Source: an uncultured candidatus Porisulfidus sp. (GTDB taxonomy: Bacteria > Pseudomonadota > Gammaproteobacteria > Poriferisulfidales > Poriferisulfidaceae). From it: DNA of 64,000 nt. The stretch covers positions 1,600,001-1,664,000 of the forward strand of contig OZ220480.1 of the NCBI GenBank assembly GCA_965116025.1, in the 5' to 3' direction. A program made the position numbers and the translations under genes. Positions 60,516-64,000 of this stretch are shown here, piece by piece (positions within the stretch are counted from its first letter, which is position 1; the number at the start of each line of letters is the position of its first letter). The notes under the pieces were generated by a model. The model worked only from the letters and a program-made list of their open reading frames with translations. It had not been told where the DNA came from and ran no database searches.

Positions 60516-60914
60516 ATGAGCGGTAGTATTACCGTTCGCGGCATCGACCCTAGTGACAAATCTTGGCTCAGGCGCGAGGCGCACCGGGCCGGAGTGTCGA
60601 TAGAGGAGTTGGTTCGCCGCCTGATCAGAGAGAAGCGTATGGCTGATCGTCGCCCGAAACCGTCCGAGGCTTTCGCGCGGCATTTCGGAGAGAAGCATGG
60701 TATCGATCATCTAGAGTTGCCGCGGTATGGATATAGGTGGCGTACAAGCAGGCACCGATCTTTTTGGGAGTCACCGACACTGCAGGAATTGGCGAACGCG
60801 CAAAGTGCGCGACCTGTTGATGATCTTCACGCGCTCTTTGGCACTTGGCTAGGAGAAAAGGACGATGGTTTTGAAGAAGCGGTCGATGAATTGCGACGTG
60901 TCCGATCCTCGTGA
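60516..60914 (+). CDS. FitA/Arc-like ribbon-helix-helix antitoxin-like protein, possibly chimeric
   Basis: SITVRGID....WLRREA...GVSIEELVRRLI; RBS AGGAG; unrelated acidic C-terminal half. Confidence 0.65.
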   Translation: MSGSITVRGIDPSDKSWLRREAHRAGVSIEELVRRLIREKRMADRRPKPSEAFARHFGEKHGIDHLELPRYGYRWRTSRHRSFWESPTLQELANAQSARPVDDLHALFGTWLGEKDDGFEEAVDELRRVRSS

Positions 60915-60926
60915 TAGGGATGCGTC

Positions 60927-62825
60927 ATGGATAAGATCGTCGCTAGTGACCCGGAAGCCCGCTCCACGGATATTATTGTTGAGAACATTGAGCGGCTGAA
61001 GGAAGTTTTTCCCGAGGCGTTCACCGAAGGCAAGGTGGATTTTGAGAGGCTACGGCAATTACTCGGTGGTGCGGTGGATGATAGCGAGGAGAAATACGGA
61101 CTCAATTGGCATGGTAAACGTCGCGCAAGACAGATAGCACTTACTCCATCAACCGGTACTTTGCGCCCATTTCGCAAGGAAAGCGTAGATTGGGACACGA
61201 CACGAAATCTGGTTATTGAGGGCGACAATCTGGATGTGTTGAAGCTACTGCAGAAGAGTTATGCTGGGAAAATCAAGCTAATTTACATCGATCCTCCATA
61301 CAATACTGGAAACGATCTAATCTATAAAAACAATTTCCACGAGATTAAGCACAGTTACTTTTCTCGAACCGGCGAAGCGAACTCTGAAACTGGATATTTT
61401 AAAAGTAATCCAGTTTCTGGGGGCCGTTACCATTCCAATTGGTTGTCAATGATGTTTCCACGCTTGTTATTAGCTCAGTATTTGCTACAAAAAGATGGAG
61501 TTTTGATCTGCACAATTGATGAGAACGAAATGGCTACTTTGGCCGAAATTTTAAAAGAGATTTTTATTGAGGGACTATACGATCATGTTTGCGTGACAAT
61601 CGTTCATAATCCGCGTGGCGTGCAGGGCAAAAATTTTTCATACACCCATGAATATGCTTTCTTTGTTTTTCCAAAGGGCATTAAGGTAATTGCTGATAGA
61701 AAGATAAACGAGGCAGATATTCAGTGGTCCCAGTTTCGGAATTGGGGAACAGAATCTGAACGACACAATGCAAAAAATTGCTTCTATCCGATCTTGGTTC
61801 AAGATGACGCGATTATTGGCTTTGGCGATGTTTGTTCAGACGAAGAGCATCCGAAGCAGTCTGAATTTCATGAAGGATTAGTACATGTTTACCCTATAGA
61901 CACTTCAGGGATAGAACGTAAGTGGCGTTACGCTAGGCAATCTGTGGATTCAATTCGGCACTTGCTACGAGCGCGAAAACGCGGAGAGGGATATGAAATA
62001 GAAATCGGCAAAAATTTTGGTCGCTATCGCACCGTATGGACGGAGAAGGAGTTAGATGCCAATGAGTATGGGACCAAAATTCTTAAAGCGTTAGTGCCAG
62101 ATGCCCCTTTTTCTTTCCCGAAGAGTTTATGGGCAGTTTACAACTGCATTCATGCGACTACACAAGATGACACAGAGGCTATTGTTTTGGACTTTTTTGC
62201 GGGTAGTGGCACTACCGGTCATGCGCTATGGGAAATGAACAAGAGCGATAACGGGCAGAGGCGTTGCATTTTGGTTCAGATAGATGAAGAAATTAATAAT
62301 TCTGCTCGTTTCAACTCAATTGCTGACTTAACTAAGGAACGTCTGCGCATTGCAGGCCAGAAAATCAGGCAAGAATCAAATCTACCATCGGATCTCGGCT
62401 TTCGCGTATTTAAACTTGACACATCCAATATCCGGGCTTGGAATTCAAAGCCTACTGATCTGGAGAGTGAACTGCTTGCCAGCTGTGATCATATCGAGGC
62501 TGGGCGAACTGAACAAGACATTCTCTATGAATTACTCCTGAAATTCGGTCTTGATCTTTGCGTTCCTATAGAGACTCGGATCATTGAGGGTAAATCCGTA
62601 CATTCGGTCGGCGCCGGTACTTTGATCGTCTGTCTTGATAAGGTTATTTCGTGCGATGATGTGAAATCGCTAGCGGCGGGCATCACTGAGTGGCATGACG
62701 CACTTGCGCCCACGGGTGAATCTACCGTTATTTTCCGTGATACTGCTTTTGCTAATGATGTCGCTAAGGTAAACATTGCTGAAACTCTCAAGCAAAGTGG
62801 TATCAAACATGTGCGAAGCCTGTGA
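60927..62825 (+). CDS. mod: Type III restriction-modification methyltransferase subunit
   Basis: L...FPEAF.EGKVDF, E.YGL.W.GK, NL.IEGDNL, IYIDPPYNTG, VLDFFAGSGTT, D.GF.VFKL. Confidence 0.95.
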   Translation: MDKIVASDPEARSTDIIVENIERLKEVFPEAFTEGKVDFERLRQLLGGAVDDSEEKYGLNWHGKRRARQIALTPSTGTLRPFRKESVDWDTTRNLVIEGDNLDVLKLLQKSYAGKIKLIYIDPPYNTGNDLIYKNNFHEIKHSYFSRTGEANSETGYFKSNPVSGGRYHSNWLSMMFPRLLLAQYLLQKDGVLICTIDENEMATLAEILKEIFIEGLYDHVCVTIVHNPRGVQGKNFSYTHEYAFFVFPKGIKVIADRKINEADIQWSQFRNWGTESERHNAKNCFYPILVQDDAIIGFGDVCSDEEHPKQSEFHEGLVHVYPIDTSGIERKWRYARQSVDSIRHLLRARKRGEGYEIEIGKNFGRYRTVWTEKELDANEYGTKILKALVPDAPFSFPKSLWAVYNCIHATTQDDTEAIVLDFFAGSGTTGHALWEMNKSDNGQRRCILVQIDEEINNSARFNSIADLTKERLRIAGQKIRQESNLPSDLGFRVFKLDTSNIRAWNSKPTDLESELLASCDHIEAGRTEQDILYELLLKFGLDLCVPIETRIIEGKSVHSVGAGTLIVCLDKVISCDDVKSLAAGITEWHDALAPTGESTVIFRDTAFANDVAKVNIAETLKQSGIKHVRSL

Positions 62826-62852
62826 TATTGACGGGTTGATGCTTGACAGCTT

Positions 62853-63107
62853 ATGGGCGACAGAAAAGAGCGATTATTGCAGGCCATTCTTCGTGGACGG
62901 TCGGACGCGAACATACGGTTCTCCGATTTGCGGGCCCTGATGCGTGATTTGGGTTTCAAGGAGCGGATACGCGGGAGTCACCCTCTCTTCAGCAGGAAAG
63001 GTGTTGTGGAAATTGTCAACCTGCAAGGCCATAGCGGACATGTCAAGCCTTATCAAGTGAGGCAGATCCGCCAATTGATTCTGAAATACAAATTGGGAGA
63101 AAGTTGA
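62853..63107 (+). CDS. hicA: HicA family toxin
   Basis: NIRF.DL..L...LGF.ERIRGSH..F, KPYQV.Q. Confidence 0.88.
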   Translation: MGDRKERLLQAILRGRSDANIRFSDLRALMRDLGFKERIRGSHPLFSRKGVVEIVNLQGHSGHVKPYQVRQIRQLILKYKLGES

Positions 63108-63319
63108 TGCAAAAGTACGAAATAATCCTTTATTGGAGTAACGAGGACCAAGCGTTTATCGCCGAGGCCCCTGAATTGCCCGGTTGCATAGCACACGGTG
63201 ACGATCAAGAAACAGCGTTATGCAATATCAAAAACGCTATGGAGTTCTGGATTGAGCGGGCACAGGAACTTGGGCGACCCATTCCTCAACCGAAGGGTGA
63301 ACGCTTGATGTTTGCTTGA
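63107..63319 (+). CDS. hicB: HicB family antitoxin
   Basis: YWS.ED..F.AE.PELPGC.A.G....AL.N...A...W......GR.IP.P. Confidence 0.9.
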   Translation: MQKYEIILYWSNEDQAFIAEAPELPGCIAHGDDQETALCNIKNAMEFWIERAQELGRPIPQPKGERLMFA

Positions 63320-63360
63320 ACGCAGGGTCCAGTAATGTGGTTAAGAAGCCTCATGACACG

Positions 63361-64000
63361 ATGAAACTCCGTTTCGAGTCTGATCTCGACTTCCAGTTGC
63401 AAGCGGTAGATGCCGTTTGTGATTTGTTTCAAGGGCAGGAAACCTGCACGACTGAATTCACGGTCATTCAAGATCAGTCAGATTTGCGGGATACGATTGG
63501 TTTACCTCAGAACATTCTCGGTGTAGGTAACAGATTGACGTTGCCGGACGATAAGATTTTTAAGAATTTGAGAACGATTCAGCGTCGTAATCACCTGCCA
63601 CCGTCCGCGTCTCTAGACACTGGCGATTTCACCGTCGAAATGGAAACTGGTACTGGCAAGACATATGTTTACCTACGCACGATATTCGAACTGAACAAAC
63701 GCTACCGCTTCACCAAGTTCATCATCGTTGTACCATCGGTCGCGATCAAAGAAGGTGTCCACAAATCACTCCAGATGACTGAAGCTCATTTTCGTGCACT
63801 CTATTCAGGCGCACAGTTTGATTACTTCCTCTACGATTCAGCGAAGCTCGGTCAGGTTCGTAATTTCGTAGCTAGTCCGCACATCCAGATCATGGTGATG
63901 ACAGTCGGTGCCATCAATAAAAAAGATATCAATAACCTCTATAAGGATAGCGAAAAAACCGGCGGTGAAAAGCCGATAGACCTTATCAAAGCTACTAGAC
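63361..64000 (+). CDS. res: Type III restriction endonuclease subunit (partial, runs off the window)
   Basis: MKLRFESDLDFQLQAV.AV.DLF.GQ, FTVEMETGTGKTYVYLRTIFEL, KFIIVVPSVAIKEG. Confidence 0.93.
   Translation, partial: MKLRFESDLDFQLQAVDAVCDLFQGQETCTTEFTVIQDQSDLRDTIGLPQNILGVGNRLTLPDDKIFKNLRTIQRRNHLPPSASLDTGDFTVEMETGTGKTYVYLRTIFELNKRYRFTKFIIVVPSVAIKEGVHKSLQMTEAHFRALYSGAQFDYFLYDSAKLGQVRNFVASPHIQIMVMTVGAINKKDINNLYKDSEKTGGEKPIDLIKATR

Noticed and set aside
60927-62825. Phase-variable mod (phasevarion)
   Set aside because: No simple-sequence repeat tract seen in the gene or its upstream region.

Overview
GC-rich chromosomal window from a gammaproteobacterium-like genome (tmRNA tag ANDDNYALAA). 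The housekeeping and metabolic backbone comprises lptM-lysA, bolA, sseA-like, cmoAB, PPi-type pfk, ampD, msrB, guaBA, tadA, an acyl-CoA ligase plus Liv-type ABC transporter operon, leuA, UDG, addB-like, fdxA, ssrA and purL. It also carries a complete H4MPT-linked formaldehyde-oxidation cluster (mptG-mtdB-orfY-mch-orf5-orf7-fae). Many small defence cassettes interrupt this backbone: three type II-like R-M pairs, a type III mod/res split by hicAB, an AAA_21/RloB pair, an XRE-ImmA/IrrE gene and several TA modules. A decayed ~6.6 kb island sits at the guaA 3' end, bounded by a degenerate copy of the guaA terminus. It carries an intact, uncharacterised three-gene operon (AAA_14/DUF4143 ATPase, SEC-C protein, helical protein) behind a perfect 16-bp palindrome overlapping its promoter; this is the best candidate for an undescribed system. 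A recurring pattern is decay of toxic partners while protective partners stay intact. Two tandem RTX-repeat proteins with an identical C-terminus and a cytochrome c'-beta-like gene are also present. Family assignments come from motif recognition by eye; no database searches were run.
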